DNA of 64,000 nucleotides from Gallionellaceae bacterium (GCA_036171275.1 JAVHQT010000027.1:13817-77816), one strand, 5' to 3'. Positions 1 through 12,162 are shown, counted from the first letter of the stretch. Translations and numbers: made by a program. Notes: generated by a model not told the origin, from the letters alone.

Positions 1-1
1 T

Positions 2-25
2 AGTTAAACAAAAAGTTAAACAAAA
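2..25. repeat. Tandem direct repeat, 2 x 12 nt (agttaaacaaaa)
   Basis: agttaaacaaaa is read directly at 2-13 and again at 14-25. It lies at the window edge, downstream of the pyk stop. Confidence 0.6.
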
Positions 26-31
26 ATTTTA

Positions 32-63
32 ATGCAAGTAATTGATTTTATTCAATAATTTTA
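32..63 (-). repeat. AT-rich intergenic repeat with IHF-like core (copy A)
   Basis: The minus strand of 35-47 reads AATCAATTACTTG, a perfect match to WATCAANNNNTTR. An A/T tract (aattattgaataa) precedes it. It starts right after the pyk stop. Confidence 0.55.
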
Positions 64-64
64 A

Positions 65-1495
65 TTAATGATCGCCAATCCGTACAATTTTCAGTGTATT
101 GGTGTGACCACTTCGACCAACCGCCTCACCCATGGTCATTACAACTAAATCTCCCTGAACAACGTATCCCAAGCGCAATAGTTCGTTTTCAGCTTCTATC
201 AAGGTGCCTGAAGGATCTTTTGAAAGCGGATGGAATTCAACTGGATGCACGCCACTGAACAAAGTAACTTTGCTCAACGTTCCTTTGGTGGGCGTCAATG
301 CAAAGATGGGCGCACCTGCATGCACACGCGACATCCACAAGGCCGTTGAACCCGATTGTGTCAGCGCAACAATTGCCTTCACCTCAAAATGTGATGCCGC
401 ATATAAGGCAGACATTGCGATAGATTGGTCTAGCCTTGCGAACTTTTTGCCTTCTAATTCGCGCACATTTGAGCTGCTTTCAAGCTCTTTTTCTGCTTGG
501 GTGCAGATACGATGCATCGCAGCAATCGTTTCAACAGGATATTCACCAACCGCTGTTTCCGCAGACAGCATGACCGCGTCGGTTCCATCCAATACGGCAT
601 TTGCTACATCGGACACTTCCGCACGTGTTGGAATGGGATTGGTAATCATCGATTCCATCATTTGCGTGGCGGTAATGACTAATTTATTTTGTGCCCTCGC
701 TATCTTAATCATGCGTTTTTGCAGACCCGGCACCGCCGCATCGCCCACCTCAACTGACAAATCTCCGCGCGCCACCATAATCGCATCGGACGCTTCGATG
801 ATTTCGGACAGCAACGGAATCGCTTCGGCGCGTTCGATTTTCGCCATCAGCAAACTTTTGCCACCGGCTGCTTGCATTAGCAAACGCGCCAATTTCATAT
901 CATCCGCACAGCGCGGAAAAGAGACTGCTAAATAATCTGCTTCGATCAGCGCTGCTGTTTTGATATCTTCTTTGTCTTTTTCAGTCAAGGCTGGTGCCGT
1001 TAAGCCCCCGCCTTTGCGGTTGATACCTTTGTTGTTAGACAAAACACCACCACGCACCACACAACAAATAACTTCTGAATCTTTTACTTCGACCACATCA
1101 AATTCCAGCATTCCGTCGTTGAGCAGCAACACATCGCCGCGCACCACGTCATTAGGCAATTCCTTATAGTCCAGACCAACCCGTTCTTGGTTGCCTAAGT
1201 TTGGCCATTCGGCATCAAGAATGAATGTATCTCCTTGATTTAAAATGATTTTGTCATTTTCAAATTTTCGTACTCGAATTTTAGGTCCTTGTAGATCGGC
1301 CAAAATTCCGACTGTACGACCTGCCGCTGCGGCGGCTGAACGTACAATTTCTGCACGTTTCATGTGATCGGCAGCACTGCCATGGGAAAAGTTCATCCGC
1401 ACGACGTCTACACCGGCACGGATAATTGCCTCGAGCGATGCTTGGTCGTTGGTTGCGGGTCCTAACGTTGCTACAATTTTTGTTCTGCGAAGCAT
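65..1495 (-). CDS. pyk: Pyruvate kinase
   Basis: 476 aa. The N-terminus MLRRTKIVATLGPAT...VVRMNFSHG and the MVARGDLSVEV motif are typical of pyruvate kinase. It is the last gene of a tkt-gap-pgk-pyk cluster. Confidence 0.95.
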   Translation of the reverse strand: MLRRTKIVATLGPATNDQASLEAIIRAGVDVVRMNFSHGSAADHMKRAEIVRSAAAAAGRTVGILADLQGPKIRVRKFENDKIILNQGDTFILDAEWPNLGNQERVGLDYKELPNDVVRGDVLLLNDGMLEFDVVEVKDSEVICCVVRGGVLSNNKGINRKGGGLTAPALTEKDKEDIKTAALIEADYLAVSFPRCADDMKLARLLMQAAGGKSLLMAKIERAEAIPLLSEIIEASDAIMVARGDLSVEVGDAAVPGLQKRMIKIARAQNKLVITATQMMESMITNPIPTRAEVSDVANAVLDGTDAVMLSAETAVGEYPVETIAAMHRICTQAEKELESSSNVRELEGKKFARLDQSIAMSALYAASHFEVKAIVALTQSGSTALWMSRVHAGAPIFALTPTKGTLSKVTLFSGVHPVEFHPLSKDPSGTLIEAENELLRLGYVVQGDLVVMTMGEAVGRSGHTNTLKIVRIGDH

Positions 1496-1509
1496 GGATT
1501 TCCTATTCG

Positions 1510-2709
1510 TTATTTGTTTGCAGCTCGTTGTTCCAATATCTCAACTGCAGGCAAAGTTTTTCCTTCAAGAAACTCAAGGAATGCACCACCGGCGGTAGAA
1601 ATATAGGAGACTTTGTCATAAATGCCATACTTTTGAATCGCCGCAATAGTGTCGCCGCCGCCAGCCAGGGTAAAGGCTTGCGTATTGGCAATTGCCATTG
1701 CGATGGTTTTAGTTCCATCACCAAATTGGTCATATTCAAATACGCCAACCGGTCCATTCCATACCACGGTGCCGGCCTTCATAATGATGTCGGCAATCGC
1801 TTGGGCTGAATCAGGACCAATATCAAAAATCATTTCATCATCTGCAACGTCTTTTGCGTTCTTCAGAATCGCTGGCGTATTTTCGTTTCCTGGCAAGAAA
1901 GGCGCTGCAGTTCCAACAATGACATCGGTTGCAATTGGAATGGTAGCGCCGCGCTTGGTCATTTTTTCAATCAGTGCTTGCGCTGTGGGTACCAAATCGT
2001 TTTCGCACAATGATTTTCCAACGGGATATCCGGTTGCCTTCAGAAAAGTATTAGCAATTCCGCCACCAACCACTAGTTGTTCGCATTTTTCAGACAGTGA
2101 CTCCAAAACGGTTAATTTTGTGGAAACTTTTGAACCGCCAACAATTGCAACCATGGGCCGTGCTGGGTTGAGCAGGGCTTTACTCAATGCGGCTAATTCT
2201 TCGGTCAGCAAAATACCCGCAGCTGCAATCGGTGCAAATTTTGCCACGCCATGCGTTGAAGCCTCGGCGCGGTGGGCTGTGCCAAAGGCATCCATGACAA
2301 ATACGTCGCATAAGGCTGCATATTTTTTGGAGGTTTCATCATTGGATTTTTTTTCGCCCTTGTTGAAGCGGCAGTTTTCCAACAAGACCAATTCGCCTTC
2401 AGCGACCTGAAATCCGCCATCTACCCAATCTTTAATTAGGCGGACAGGCTTGCCGAGCTTGCCTGAGATGCAATCAGCTACTGGCTTTAATGAGTTTTCT
2501 TCTGAATACACCCCTTCCTCTGGACGCCCCAGATGCGAAGTGACCATGACGCGCGCGCCCGCTTTCAGTGCTGCGTTAATGGTTGCCATAGACGCAGTGA
2601 TTCGCGCATCGGAGGTGACTTTTCCATCTTTAACGGGAACATTTAAATCGGACCGGATCAGGACACGCTTACCTTTAAGATCCAGATCGGTCATTTTAAT
2701 TACAGACAT
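1510..2709 (-). CDS. pgk: Phosphoglycerate kinase
   Basis: The ORF track gives 422 aa. The conserved PGK N-terminus ([26 protein letters not shown]) begins at the internal ATG at 2709, which is preceded by AAGGAA. The 23 extra upstream codons run through a hairpin. Confidence 0.92.
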   Translation of the reverse strand: MSVIKMTDLDLKGKRVLIRSDLNVPVKDGKVTSDARITASMATINAALKAGARVMVTSHLGRPEEGVYSEENSLKPVADCISGKLGKPVRLIKDWVDGGFQVAEGELVLLENCRFNKGEKKSNDETSKKYAALCDVFVMDAFGTAHRAEASTHGVAKFAPIAAAGILLTEELAALSKALLNPARPMVAIVGGSKVSTKLTVLESLSEKCEQLVVGGGIANTFLKATGYPVGKSLCENDLVPTAQALIEKMTKRGATIPIATDVIVGTAAPFLPGNENTPAILKNAKDVADDEMIFDIGPDSAQAIADIIMKAGTVVWNGPVGVFEYDQFGDGTKTIAMAIANTQAFTLAGGGDTIAAIQKYGIYDKVSYISTAGGAFLEFLEGKTLPAVEILEQRAANK

Positions 2710-2743
2710 GAATTTTTCCTTTCGAACACAGTTTAATAGTTGA

Positions 2744-2768
2744 AAGGGCTGGCATTTGGCCAGCCCTT
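2744..2768 (-). terminator. GC-rich hairpin between gap and pgk (attenuator or partial terminator)
   Basis: aagggctggc (2744-2753) pairs perfectly with gccagccctt (2759-2768) around a 5-nt loop. The minus-strand tail TCAACTATT is only weakly U-rich. Confidence 0.5.
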
Positions 2769-2779
2769 CTAGAGACATA

Positions 2780-3814
<1,035 letters not shown>

Positions 3815-3855
3815 TTACCACCTTCACTTCGGCTAAAAGCAAAGGAATACCACTT

Positions 3856-5874
3856 TTATGCAATCACTTTTTTCACTGTCTCAACTACGTTTTCAACTGT
3901 AAAGCCGAAGTGTTTGAATAGTTCTGAGGCGGGAGCGGATTCACCAAAGCAATCCATCCCGATGACCGCACCATCCAGTCCCACATATTTGTACCAGCCG
4001 CTAGTTACACCTGCCTCAACCGCAACACGCTTAACCCCTTGAATTAAAACAGAATTTTTGTATTCTTGATCTTGACGATCAAATACATTTGTCGATGGCA
4101 TCGAAACCACGCGGACGTTTATACCTTCAGCCGCCAAGATAGCTTGCGCCTTAACTGCCAAATCAACTTCTGATCCAGTTGAAATAATAATAGCATCCGG
4201 CTTGCCGTTTGCAGCCTCAGACAATACATAGCCACCCTTGCGGATATTGGCAATTTGCCCCGCATCTCGTTTTTGAAATTGCAGGTTTTGGCGACTAAAA
4301 ATCAGAGTAGAAGGACCGTCCTTACGTTCAACGGCAGCAATCCAGCTCGACACAGATTCAACAGTATCGCATGGACGCCACACTTCCATGTTAGGAATGT
4401 ACCGCAGGGTGGCGGTTTGTTCGACTGGTTGATGAGTTGGACCATCTTCTCCCAGACCGATGGAATCATGGGTAAACACATAAATCACGCGCTGTTTCAT
4501 CAATGCAGACATCCGCAATGCGTTGCGTGCATATTCAGAGAACATTAGGAAAGTGCCGCCAAATGGCAACAAGCCCCCGTGCAGTGCCATGCCGTTCATA
4601 ATGTGCGACATGCCGAATTCACGCACGCCGTAACTAATGTAATTGCCGGGCTTAGCACCAGAAACATGGTCTGCACCTGGCCAATTGGTCAAGTTAGAAC
4701 CAGTCAAGTCAGCTGAACCACCCAAGAATTCAGGCAGCGCGGGTTGCAAAGCGGTAATCGCATTTTGCGAAGCTTTGCGGGTAGCGATCGTTTCTGCTTT
4801 TGTGTTGATCTGCGCCAATGCAGCAGCGGCGAATTCACTCCAATTTGCCGGCAATTCCCCTTGCATCCGGCGTTCAAATTCTGCAGCTTCAGCAGGAAAT
4901 GCGGCACGATAAACGGCAAATTTAGTATTCCATTCGCTTTCAAAAACAGCACCCTTTGCTTTAGCATCCCAGGCAGCGTAAACATGCGCTGGAATTTCAA
5001 ACGGAGGGTAGTTCCAACCGATTCGTGCGCGCGTCGCGGCAATTTCAGCCTCACCCAAAGCAGCACCATGCACATCGTGCGTTCCTTCTTTGTTTGGAGA
5101 TCCGGCGCCAATCACCGTTTTGCAGCAAATTAACGTAGGTTTATCTGTCACCGCTTTAGCAGCTTCAATGGCCGCATTGAGCGCATCAGGATCATGCCCT
5201 TCTACATTCGCAATCACGTGCCAACCATACGCCTCGAAACGTTTGGGCGTATTGTCAGTAAACCAGCCACCCACATGACCATCAATTGAAATATCGTTGT
5301 CATCCCAGAAAGCCGTCAGCTTGCCCAGACCCCAAGTACCGGCCAACGCGCATGCTTCGTGCGAGATACCTTCCATCATGCAGCCATCACCCATAAATAC
5401 GTAGGTACGATGATCAACGATTTCGTGACCGGGTTTGTTAAATTGATGTGCAAGTAATTTTTCTGCCATTGCCATTCCAACAGCGTTGGTAATCCCCTGA
5501 CCGAGCGGTCCAGTGGTTGTTTCCACGCCGACGGTATAACCATATTCCGGATGTCCGGGTGTTTTGGAGTGCATTTGACGGAAACGTTTCAACTCGTCCA
5601 TGGGCAAGTCGTAACCGGTCAAATGTAATAACGCGTATATCAGCATCGAACCATGGCCATTCGATTGAACGAAACGATCACGATTAGCCCATTTCGGATT
5701 AGTTGGATTGTGACGCAGATGGCGATTCCAAAGAACTTCAGCAATTTCCGCCATACCCATTGGCGCACCAGGGTGACCGGAATTTGCTTTTTGTACCGCA
5801 TCCATTGCGAGTGCACGAATTGCACCAGTTACATCGTTAAATTTGGGGGGTTTTACATTACGCGCCACATCCAT
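3856..5874 (-). CDS. tkt: Transketolase
   Basis: 672 aa. It carries [12 protein letters not shown] and the thiamine diphosphate motif [12 protein letters not shown]. Confidence 0.95.
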   Translation of the reverse strand: MDVARNVKPPKFNDVTGAIRALAMDAVQKANSGHPGAPMGMAEIAEVLWNRHLRHNPTNPKWANRDRFVQSNGHGSMLIYALLHLTGYDLPMDELKRFRQMHSKTPGHPEYGYTVGVETTTGPLGQGITNAVGMAMAEKLLAHQFNKPGHEIVDHRTYVFMGDGCMMEGISHEACALAGTWGLGKLTAFWDDNDISIDGHVGGWFTDNTPKRFEAYGWHVIANVEGHDPDALNAAIEAAKAVTDKPTLICCKTVIGAGSPNKEGTHDVHGAALGEAEIAATRARIGWNYPPFEIPAHVYAAWDAKAKGAVFESEWNTKFAVYRAAFPAEAAEFERRMQGELPANWSEFAAAALAQINTKAETIATRKASQNAITALQPALPEFLGGSADLTGSNLTNWPGADHVSGAKPGNYISYGVREFGMSHIMNGMALHGGLLPFGGTFLMFSEYARNALRMSALMKQRVIYVFTHDSIGLGEDGPTHQPVEQTATLRYIPNMEVWRPCDTVESVSSWIAAVERKDGPSTLIFSRQNLQFQKRDAGQIANIRKGGYVLSEAANGKPDAIIISTGSEVDLAVKAQAILAAEGINVRVVSMPSTNVFDRQDQEYKNSVLIQGVKRVAVEAGVTSGWYKYVGLDGAVIGMDCFGESAPASELFKHFGFTVENVVETVKKVIA

Positions 5875-5994
5875 TTTCCAGCCTCCTAAGAAACATCCCG
5901 AATATCGGTTTGGTTAATTACTTATAAAATTTGAACAGAACTGATTATGCCGCAGTGAATTGTTTAGGGCAACACCACAATGCGAACAATCTTT

Positions 5995-6627
5995 TTATTC
6001 ACCCAGTTCCGTGGTTTTTTTTAAGGTTTTGACGCCCAGATATTTTAATTTACGGTACAAATGCGTGCGCTCCAGCCCAACTTTTTCCGCCAAGCGCGTG
6101 ATATTTCCATTTTCTTTCTCCAATTGAAACGTAAAGTAAACGCTTTCAAAATAATCTTTCACTTCTTTATAGGGCAAATCCAGAGGTAAACCAACCATTG
6201 TCATGCCCGCTTTATCAATTTGCTCATGCTGAATCACCGGCGCAGGGACAGCAGGCAAGCCTTGCTGTAGATATTTCTCAACCGTGCGCAGTAGTTTTTT
6301 TAACGCGACCGGTTTTTCTAAAAAATCAACCGCGCCCACCCGCATTGCCTCTAAAGCCGTTTCGATTGTGCCGTGCCCTGACATCATAATCACGGGCATG
6401 GTCAATAACTGTTGCGCATGCCACTCTTTTAACAAAGTTAAGCCATCTGTCTCCGCCATCCAAATATCTAACAATACGACATCAGGCTGGCGATTTAAGC
6501 GAAATTTGCGTGCCTGATCGGCATTTTCAGCCAAATGCACTTGATAACCCTCGTCAAATAGAATTTCATACAACAATTCTCGGATGCCGATTTCATCGTC
6601 CACCACCAAAATATGTTTACTAGGCAT
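5995..6627 (-). CDS. ntrX: NtrX-like response regulator (REC plus Fis-type HTH, no AAA+ module)
   Basis: 210 aa. A REC domain (ILVVDDE...VVLLDIWM...KP) is followed by a C-terminal HTH (ITRLAEKVGLERTHLYRKLK). No Walker A motif is visible. The start shares 1 nt with the ntrY stop. Confidence 0.8.
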   Translation of the reverse strand: MPSKHILVVDDEIGIRELLYEILFDEGYQVHLAENADQARKFRLNRQPDVVLLDIWMAETDGLTLLKEWHAQQLLTMPVIMMSGHGTIETALEAMRVGAVDFLEKPVALKKLLRTVEKYLQQGLPAVPAPVIQHEQIDKAGMTMVGLPLDLPYKEVKDYFESVYFTFQLEKENGNITRLAEKVGLERTHLYRKLKYLGVKTLKKTTELGE

Positions 6628-8756
6628 TAACTGTTACGCTTTTCCAAATAAAGCGGAATAGTAACTTTTGCTTCTGTTCCGCCATTAAAACCGTTAATAA
6701 TCAATATGTTACCACCATGCTCTTCCATAATTTTTTTAACAATCGCTAAACCCAAACCCGTCCCTTTAGCTTTGGTGGTCATATAGGGTTCAAAAATCCG
6801 GTTCAAAATATTTTCCTGAATTCCGGGCCCGTTATCAGTCACTGTCAGATGAAATTCTCGCTCATTACTCTCGGTCATTAGCACAATTTGAGCGTCGGCA
6901 ATCTGCTGCACGGCTTCCTCAGCGTTGCGCAATAAATTATGAACCACCTGCCTTAAGCGCGTTGAATCTCCCAAAACTTGATCATTTTTCGCATTTAATG
7001 CCAGGGTTATCTGCACGTTATTTGTTTCATAAAGTCCCATCACCTCGTTCAGTAATGGATGCATTGCTAAAGGCATAAAAGTAGGTGCGGAAGCGCGCGC
7101 ATAATCGGCAAAATCAGCCACCATATTTTTCATCGCAGCGACTTGACTGACAATGGTTTGCGTGGCTCGCGCCAGCAAATTTGCATCGGCGGGATCGAGT
7201 TTGTCCGCTAATTTATATTGCAAACGCTCGGCTGAGAGTTGTATCGGCGTGAGCGGATTCTTAATTTCATGCGCCAACCGGCGTGCCACTTCGCCCCAAG
7301 CGGCGTGGCGCTCGGCTTGCAATAAATGCGTGACATCATCAAAAACAATGATATGGCTATTGTCACTTGCCGTATTCAGCCGCGTTCCTCTGAGTAACAA
7401 CATTTGATCGCCATTTTTACTTAAACGTCCAATTTGTTTATGCCATTCTGTTTTAGAAAAATCAGACGTTGCGCTGACCACCGCATCCACAAAAGGACGA
7501 AACAAAAAATGCGCTTTTGCAATGGTTGACAAGTCGGTTCCATTAAATTGCCGAAGTGGTAAATCTAAAATATGTTCGGCAATCACATTCGCCAACCGCA
7601 GTTGCAAGCGCTCATTCACCACAATCACGCCTGAAGACAGATGCGTCAAAATGCTTTCCAAGTAGGCTTTTGCCGTTGCCACTTCACCTTGCTGCTGCTC
7701 GGTTAGCTTTTTTGCTTCCGCCAATTGAAAAATCATCTGGTTAAACAAACCGGTTAAGCCGCCCAATTCATCCTGACTTTGCACCGGATATCGGCCGGAA
7801 AAATTACCTTGCGCAACGGCACGCGTTCCATCTGCCAACGCCGCCAAAGGCGCACTTAAGCGCCCACTAAAATAGAATGCTGCCGAGACGGCGCTGAGCA
7901 AAACAATCAACAAAGACAAGGTCAAAGTCACGCTATACAAGCGTTTTAATCCTAAGCGCGACAAGGTTAATTCTTGATAATCGCGATACACCGCTTGCAC
8001 CGTTTCGACATCCTTAGAAAACTGCGGTGGCACGGGCTGAATGAATTGCAAAATGCGCACCTCTTTTGGCAGTGTTTCCGAGCGAATGGGAATCAGAACC
8101 CTGAGGATTAGCTGGCTATCCGACACGGCATCGACCACGCTGTAAGCACCACTTTGTTGCGCCTCTTGCAAAACAGAGGTTAAAGGAATTTGGCGTGGTG
8201 ACTGCTGATCTTGCGTCGCAAAACTCAATAATTTTCCACTCAAACTAAAAACCGCCGCTTCTTGCGCATCGGCGCGATCAATAAAGCGCGACAAGGTGGC
8301 GGCATGACGTTTAGGTGACTGTTCCGCCAAAATCAGCGCCATTAAACGGGTTTTTTTAGTCAGCTCACTCAAGCTCATTTCCAGGGAGTTTCGACCCAGG
8401 TTTAACCCCCCTTCCAAGGCGCTTTCGACACGAATATCAAACCAGGTTTCGATACTTTTGCCAATAAACTGCACCGAAATCCCATACACCAGCAAACCCG
8501 GCAAAATCGCAATCAGCGAAAAGAATATCGTCAGGCGCAACATCAATTTTGCGCCAAACACTTTATTTTTTAATTTCTGCCTGAGCTGCCAAAGTTGATA
8601 CGCCACCAAAGCAGCCAAAGCGAGCGTTAAGACGACCGTTAAAATCCATAAACTTGAGTAATGATGCGAAAAAAGCGCGGTATTTGCACTGGCACTAGAG
8701 AGCATATATAACAATGCAACTCCAATTACCCCCGAAAAGAAAATGAAATACTTCAT
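6627..8756 (-). CDS. ntrY: NtrY-like sensor histidine kinase
   Basis: 709 aa. It has N-terminal TM segments, a HAMP/PAS-like middle, the H-box RLAHEIKNPLTPIQLSAERL and ATPase motifs DNGPGI and GTGLGLAIVKKI. Confidence 0.85.
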   Translation of the reverse strand: MKYFIFFSGVIGVALLYMLSSASANTALFSHHYSSLWILTVVLTLALAALVAYQLWQLRQKLKNKVFGAKLMLRLTIFFSLIAILPGLLVYGISVQFIGKSIETWFDIRVESALEGGLNLGRNSLEMSLSELTKKTRLMALILAEQSPKRHAATLSRFIDRADAQEAAVFSLSGKLLSFATQDQQSPRQIPLTSVLQEAQQSGAYSVVDAVSDSQLILRVLIPIRSETLPKEVRILQFIQPVPPQFSKDVETVQAVYRDYQELTLSRLGLKRLYSVTLTLSLLIVLLSAVSAAFYFSGRLSAPLAALADGTRAVAQGNFSGRYPVQSQDELGGLTGLFNQMIFQLAEAKKLTEQQQGEVATAKAYLESILTHLSSGVIVVNERLQLRLANVIAEHILDLPLRQFNGTDLSTIAKAHFLFRPFVDAVVSATSDFSKTEWHKQIGRLSKNGDQMLLLRGTRLNTASDNSHIIVFDDVTHLLQAERHAAWGEVARRLAHEIKNPLTPIQLSAERLQYKLADKLDPADANLLARATQTIVSQVAAMKNMVADFADYARASAPTFMPLAMHPLLNEVMGLYETNNVQITLALNAKNDQVLGDSTRLRQVVHNLLRNAEEAVQQIADAQIVLMTESNEREFHLTVTDNGPGIQENILNRIFEPYMTTKAKGTGLGLAIVKKIMEEHGGNILIINGFNGGTEAKVTIPLYLEKRNS

Positions 8757-9403
8757 GGCACTACGCTCGGCAAACGCCCCGAAAGATCAACCGTCCACTG
8801 ATCAGGTTCGGAATCTAAAACCCAATCACTATTGGTTAAAGCAGTGACCTGCAAGGGCTTGGGTAGTTGCGCAATATCTAAACGCATATGGGCTTTTGCC
8901 CTAAAACTTTTCTGAACATTCAGCCATTGCGCAATATGGCCCGAGCTTTGTTCAACCTCGCTAGCTGGCAACATAACAATCGTTTGATAACCCAAAACCC
9001 GTAACGCGCTCTGCAAATTTTGAAAACCCTGAAACAAAGTCCCACGCGAAATTCGAAATTGTCGCGTTAGTGCATTGTAATAAAGCTTGGTATTTTGAGC
9101 CGTTTCAATCACCACCGCATCGGACCAATACCACCGTGAACGGGTAATTGTTAATTCGCTGACAAAGTTAAGTACAACGCCATGTGTCAGCGCCTCTTCC
9201 ACCACACGCGGTAAAATAATTTTGTAGTCCGCGCTGATTTCATAACCATTTTCGACTGCGCGCATTTCCGTCTTAACCAGCGAAATACCTTCCGCATAAA
9301 CGGTCGCAGTCACGGTGCATAAACACAGTGCAAAAAATAATTTCTTAATATAATCAAGCACTTTTTTGCAAGAGCGCATAAAAGAAACCATCGTGTTGCG
9401 CAT
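8753..9403 (-). CDS. DUF4390-like exported protein
   Basis: It has a signal-peptide-like N-terminus. I recall the motif TRSRWYWSD...YNALTRQFRISRG from DUF4390 proteins located between rsmB and ntrY. The start is ambiguous (9403, 9391 or 9379). It overlaps ntrY by ATGA. Confidence 0.7.
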   Translation of the reverse strand: MRNTMVSFMRSCKKVLDYIKKLFFALCLCTVTATVYAEGISLVKTEMRAVENGYEISADYKIILPRVVEEALTHGVVLNFVSELTITRSRWYWSDAVVIETAQNTKLYYNALTRQFRISRGTLFQGFQNLQSALRVLGYQTIVMLPASEVEQSSGHIAQWLNVQKSFRAKAHMRLDIAQLPKPLQVTALTNSDWVLDSEPDQWTVDLSGRLPSVVP

Positions 9404-10619
9404 CAGGCAACAATTGACCAGAGGGCAAATCGGGCAAGACTAGCTGCACTGCATCGGCATGTTTTGCTAAAAATTCCGCCACCACCAACTGATTTTCACG
9501 CGGGAAAATAGAGCAAGTGGCGTACAACAAGCGCCCGCCCTCCGCCAATAACGGCCATAACGCCTGCAAAATTTGACTTTGTTGTTGGGCAAAACGCTCA
9601 ATATCGGACGGACGACGCAGCCATTTAATATCGGGATGACGGCGCACCACCCCCGATGCAGAACACGGGACATCCGCCAAAATGCGCTGAAAGTGTTGCC
9701 CGTCCCACCAGTCGGCCGGTGTTGCTGCGTCGCCACAAACCAAGCGCGCTTTCAACTTAAGCCGCTGCAAATTCTCTGCCACCCTTGCCAGTCGTGCCTC
9801 ATCTTTATCCAACGCCAACAAATCTAAATTCGCCAATTCCAGCAGATGCGCGGTTTTGCCGCCCGGCGCGGCACACGCATCCAGCACGCGCATTCCATCC
9901 GTCGCCGCCAAAAAATAGGCAGCATATTGCGCGCCCGCATCTTGAACCGACACCTCACCGTCAAAAAATCCGGGTAATTTGTCCACCGTTAACGCTTGCG
10001 TCAAGCGCAACGCATTCTGTCCAATCTGCTCAGCTGAAATAGAAAAAAATATCAATGAATTCAGGTACTTATCTAAATTTGTCTGCCGCTGATTCACGCG
10101 CAAGGTCATGGGTGGATGTTGATTGCCCGCTTCAAAAATCGCCGCAGCTTGCGCCGGATAATGCGTTTTGACCGCCGCAATCCACCAGTCAGGATAAGAA
10201 TAACGGCCACTTTCCGTTGTCGCTGCTTGAGCTAATAACGCCGTCTGCTGACGCAAAAAATTGCGTAATACACCATTCACCAAGCCACCCGCGGCAGGAT
10301 TAATGTTTTTTGCCGCCATCACCGCGTGATTCACCACCGCGTGTCCGGCAGCTTTGCTGTGTTGCAACTGATACAACGCCACCAGCAGCAAATCGCGCAA
10401 GGGCGCATCTTTCAATGGCTTGGTCAGCAAAGCGTTTAACACAGCATTCAGTTGCCCATAAAAACGCAGCGTGCCGTAACACAAATCTTGCAAGGCGCCG
10501 CGTTGCTGTGGCGACCAAGCGTTGTGTTGACGCAAAGCTGTATTTAGTCGTTGATTTAAGTTTTGTCCAGCAAGGACTTGCCCGACGATTTGTGCTGCAA
10601 ATGGTTGAATATATTTCAT
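9354..10619 (-). CDS. rsmB: 16S rRNA (cytosine-C5)-methyltransferase RsmB
   Basis: 421 aa. A NusB-like N-domain is followed by SAM-methyltransferase motifs VLDACAAPGGKT, DVPCSASGVVRRHPD and YATCS. Confidence 0.9.
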   Translation of the reverse strand: MKYIQPFAAQIVGQVLAGQNLNQRLNTALRQHNAWSPQQRGALQDLCYGTLRFYGQLNAVLNALLTKPLKDAPLRDLLLVALYQLQHSKAAGHAVVNHAVMAAKNINPAAGGLVNGVLRNFLRQQTALLAQAATTESGRYSYPDWWIAAVKTHYPAQAAAIFEAGNQHPPMTLRVNQRQTNLDKYLNSLIFFSISAEQIGQNALRLTQALTVDKLPGFFDGEVSVQDAGAQYAAYFLAATDGMRVLDACAAPGGKTAHLLELANLDLLALDKDEARLARVAENLQRLKLKARLVCGDAATPADWWDGQHFQRILADVPCSASGVVRRHPDIKWLRRPSDIERFAQQQSQILQALWPLLAEGGRLLYATCSIFPRENQLVVAEFLAKHADAVQLVLPDLPSGQLLPDAQHDGFFYALLQKSA

Positions 10620-11548
10620 TATTTAGAGCCGAACCTAGCACCAATTTGCAGTGGAAAACTTTGCAAAAAAGCATTCACCGGCAAGGCTTTAGCATTCGGT
10701 TTTTGCAACACCTCTAAGCGCAACACGCCTTCACCGCACGCCACACACAGCGTATTTTTGTCCAGCGCCAGCACCGTGCCCGGTACGCCAGAACCTGTGT
10801 CCACACTCGCTTGCCAAATTTTGAGCGGCGTGCCATTAAAATGTGTGCTGGCAACCGGAAACGGTTGATAGGCGCGAATCGCGCGCGCTAATTCTGCCGC
10901 CGGACGCGTCCAATCTAATTGTGCTTCTTCTTTACTCAGTTTGGCGGCGTAACTAGCGAATTGATTATCTTGTGCCACTGCGCTCAGTTGCGCGTTTTCT
11001 AATTGACGCAAGGCTTGCACAATGCTGCTCGCGCCCAAAGTTGCCAAGGTGTCGTGCAAAGTTTCCGCCGTGTCTTGTGGACCGATTGGACAGGTTTTTT
11101 TCAGCAAAATATCACCGGTATCCAAGCCGACATCCATTTGCATAATGGTCACGCCAGTTTCCGCGTCGCCCGCCAGAATGGCGCGTTGAATCGGTGCGGC
11201 TCCGCGCCAGCGCGGCAAAAGCGACGCGTGAATATTCAGGCAACCTAAACGCGGCGCTTGCAATACCGTCGCCGGCAAAATTAAACCGTAAGCAGCGACC
11301 ACCATCACATCGGCTTTTAGCGCAAGAAGTTGCTGTTGAATGACCTCATCTTTGAGCGAAACGGGTTGCAGGACCGGCAACTTATGCTGCAACGCCAGTT
11401 GTTTCACCGCGCTAGGCTTGAGTTGCATGCCGCGTCCCGATGGTCGATCTGGTTGCGTCAGTACCGCCAGCACTGCAAATTGCTGTTCGATTAAAGCGGC
11501 TAAGGCGTGTGCCGCAAACGGCGGCGTACCGGCAAAAATAATTTTCAA
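10619..11548 (-). CDS. fmt: Methionyl-tRNA formyltransferase
   Basis: 309 aa, with MKIIFAGTPPFA and HASLLPRWRGAAPIQRAI. Confidence 0.95.
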   Translation of the reverse strand: MKIIFAGTPPFAAHALAALIEQQFAVLAVLTQPDRPSGRGMQLKPSAVKQLALQHKLPVLQPVSLKDEVIQQQLLALKADVMVVAAYGLILPATVLQAPRLGCLNIHASLLPRWRGAAPIQRAILAGDAETGVTIMQMDVGLDTGDILLKKTCPIGPQDTAETLHDTLATLGASSIVQALRQLENAQLSAVAQDNQFASYAAKLSKEEAQLDWTRPAAELARAIRAYQPFPVASTHFNGTPLKIWQASVDTGSGVPGTVLALDKNTLCVACGEGVLRLEVLQKPNAKALPVNAFLQSFPLQIGARFGSK

Positions 11549-11560
11549 AGGGAGCTCAAT

Positions 11561-12064
11561 TTATAAAGTTTCGCGCAAGCGTTTTTTCAGCTTATTGCGG
11601 ATACGTGTTTGTTTTAAGTGCGAAAGATGCTCGACAAATACCTTGCCGATGAGGTGGTCCATTTCATGTTGAATGCACACCGACAACAACCCCTCCGCGT
11701 CTAAACTAAAGCGCTCGCCTGCTAAATTAAGCGCACTGACCGTCACTTTTTCGGCGCGTGGCACTTTGTCATAAATGCCCGGCACGGATAAGCAACCTTC
11801 TTCGCATTTGTTTTCACCTGTACGGGCGATAATTTCAGGATTAATTAGCACCAATAAATCATCATGCGTCTCAGAAACATCAATCACAATAATTTGCTGA
11901 TGCACGTCCAGCTGCGTCGCCGCCAGCCCGACACCGGGCGCGTCGTACATGGTTTCCGCCATATCGGCCACCAATTTTTGCACGGCTAGGTCGATAACAA
12001 GCACGGGTTGCGCAATTTTATGTAAGCGCGAATCGGGGTACTGCAAAATTTTAAGGATAGCCAT
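11561..12064 (-). CDS. def: Peptide deformylase
   Basis: 167 aa, with the metal-binding motifs EGCLSVPG and QHEMDHL. Confidence 0.95.
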   Translation of the reverse strand: MAILKILQYPDSRLHKIAQPVLVIDLAVQKLVADMAETMYDAPGVGLAATQLDVHQQIIVIDVSETHDDLLVLINPEIIARTGENKCEEGCLSVPGIYDKVPRAEKVTVSALNLAGERFSLDAEGLLSVCIQHEMDHLIGKVFVEHLSHLKQTRIRNKLKKRLRETL

Positions 12065-12162
12065 AAATGCTTGAAATACTTGCTAATTAAAGTCAGTCAA
12101 TGCAAAATTTAAACGCGAGTGCACGGTTTGCACCGCTTTTTTAATTTTTTGCCGGGGGTTTC

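Noticed and set aside
204-935. Long antisense ORFs inside known genes (for example 204-935, 1649-2410, 10310-10717, 42397-42903)
   Set aside because: They lie opposite strongly conserved genes. Their composition is Ala/Ser/Arg/Pro-rich, as expected for antisense frames, and they have no recognisable motifs.
5900-5935. Additional degenerate copy of the AT-rich repeat (ggttaattacttataaaatttgaac) upstream of tkt
   Set aside because: The core reads TTAA instead of TCAA and lacks the W position. It is too divergent to count.
12119-12150. Hairpin gtgca-cggtt-tgcac followed by T-runs in the def / LysM divergent spacer
   Set aside because: The stem is only 5 bp. It lies in a divergent promoter region where no terminator is expected. 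At most it is a weak leader structure of the LysM gene.
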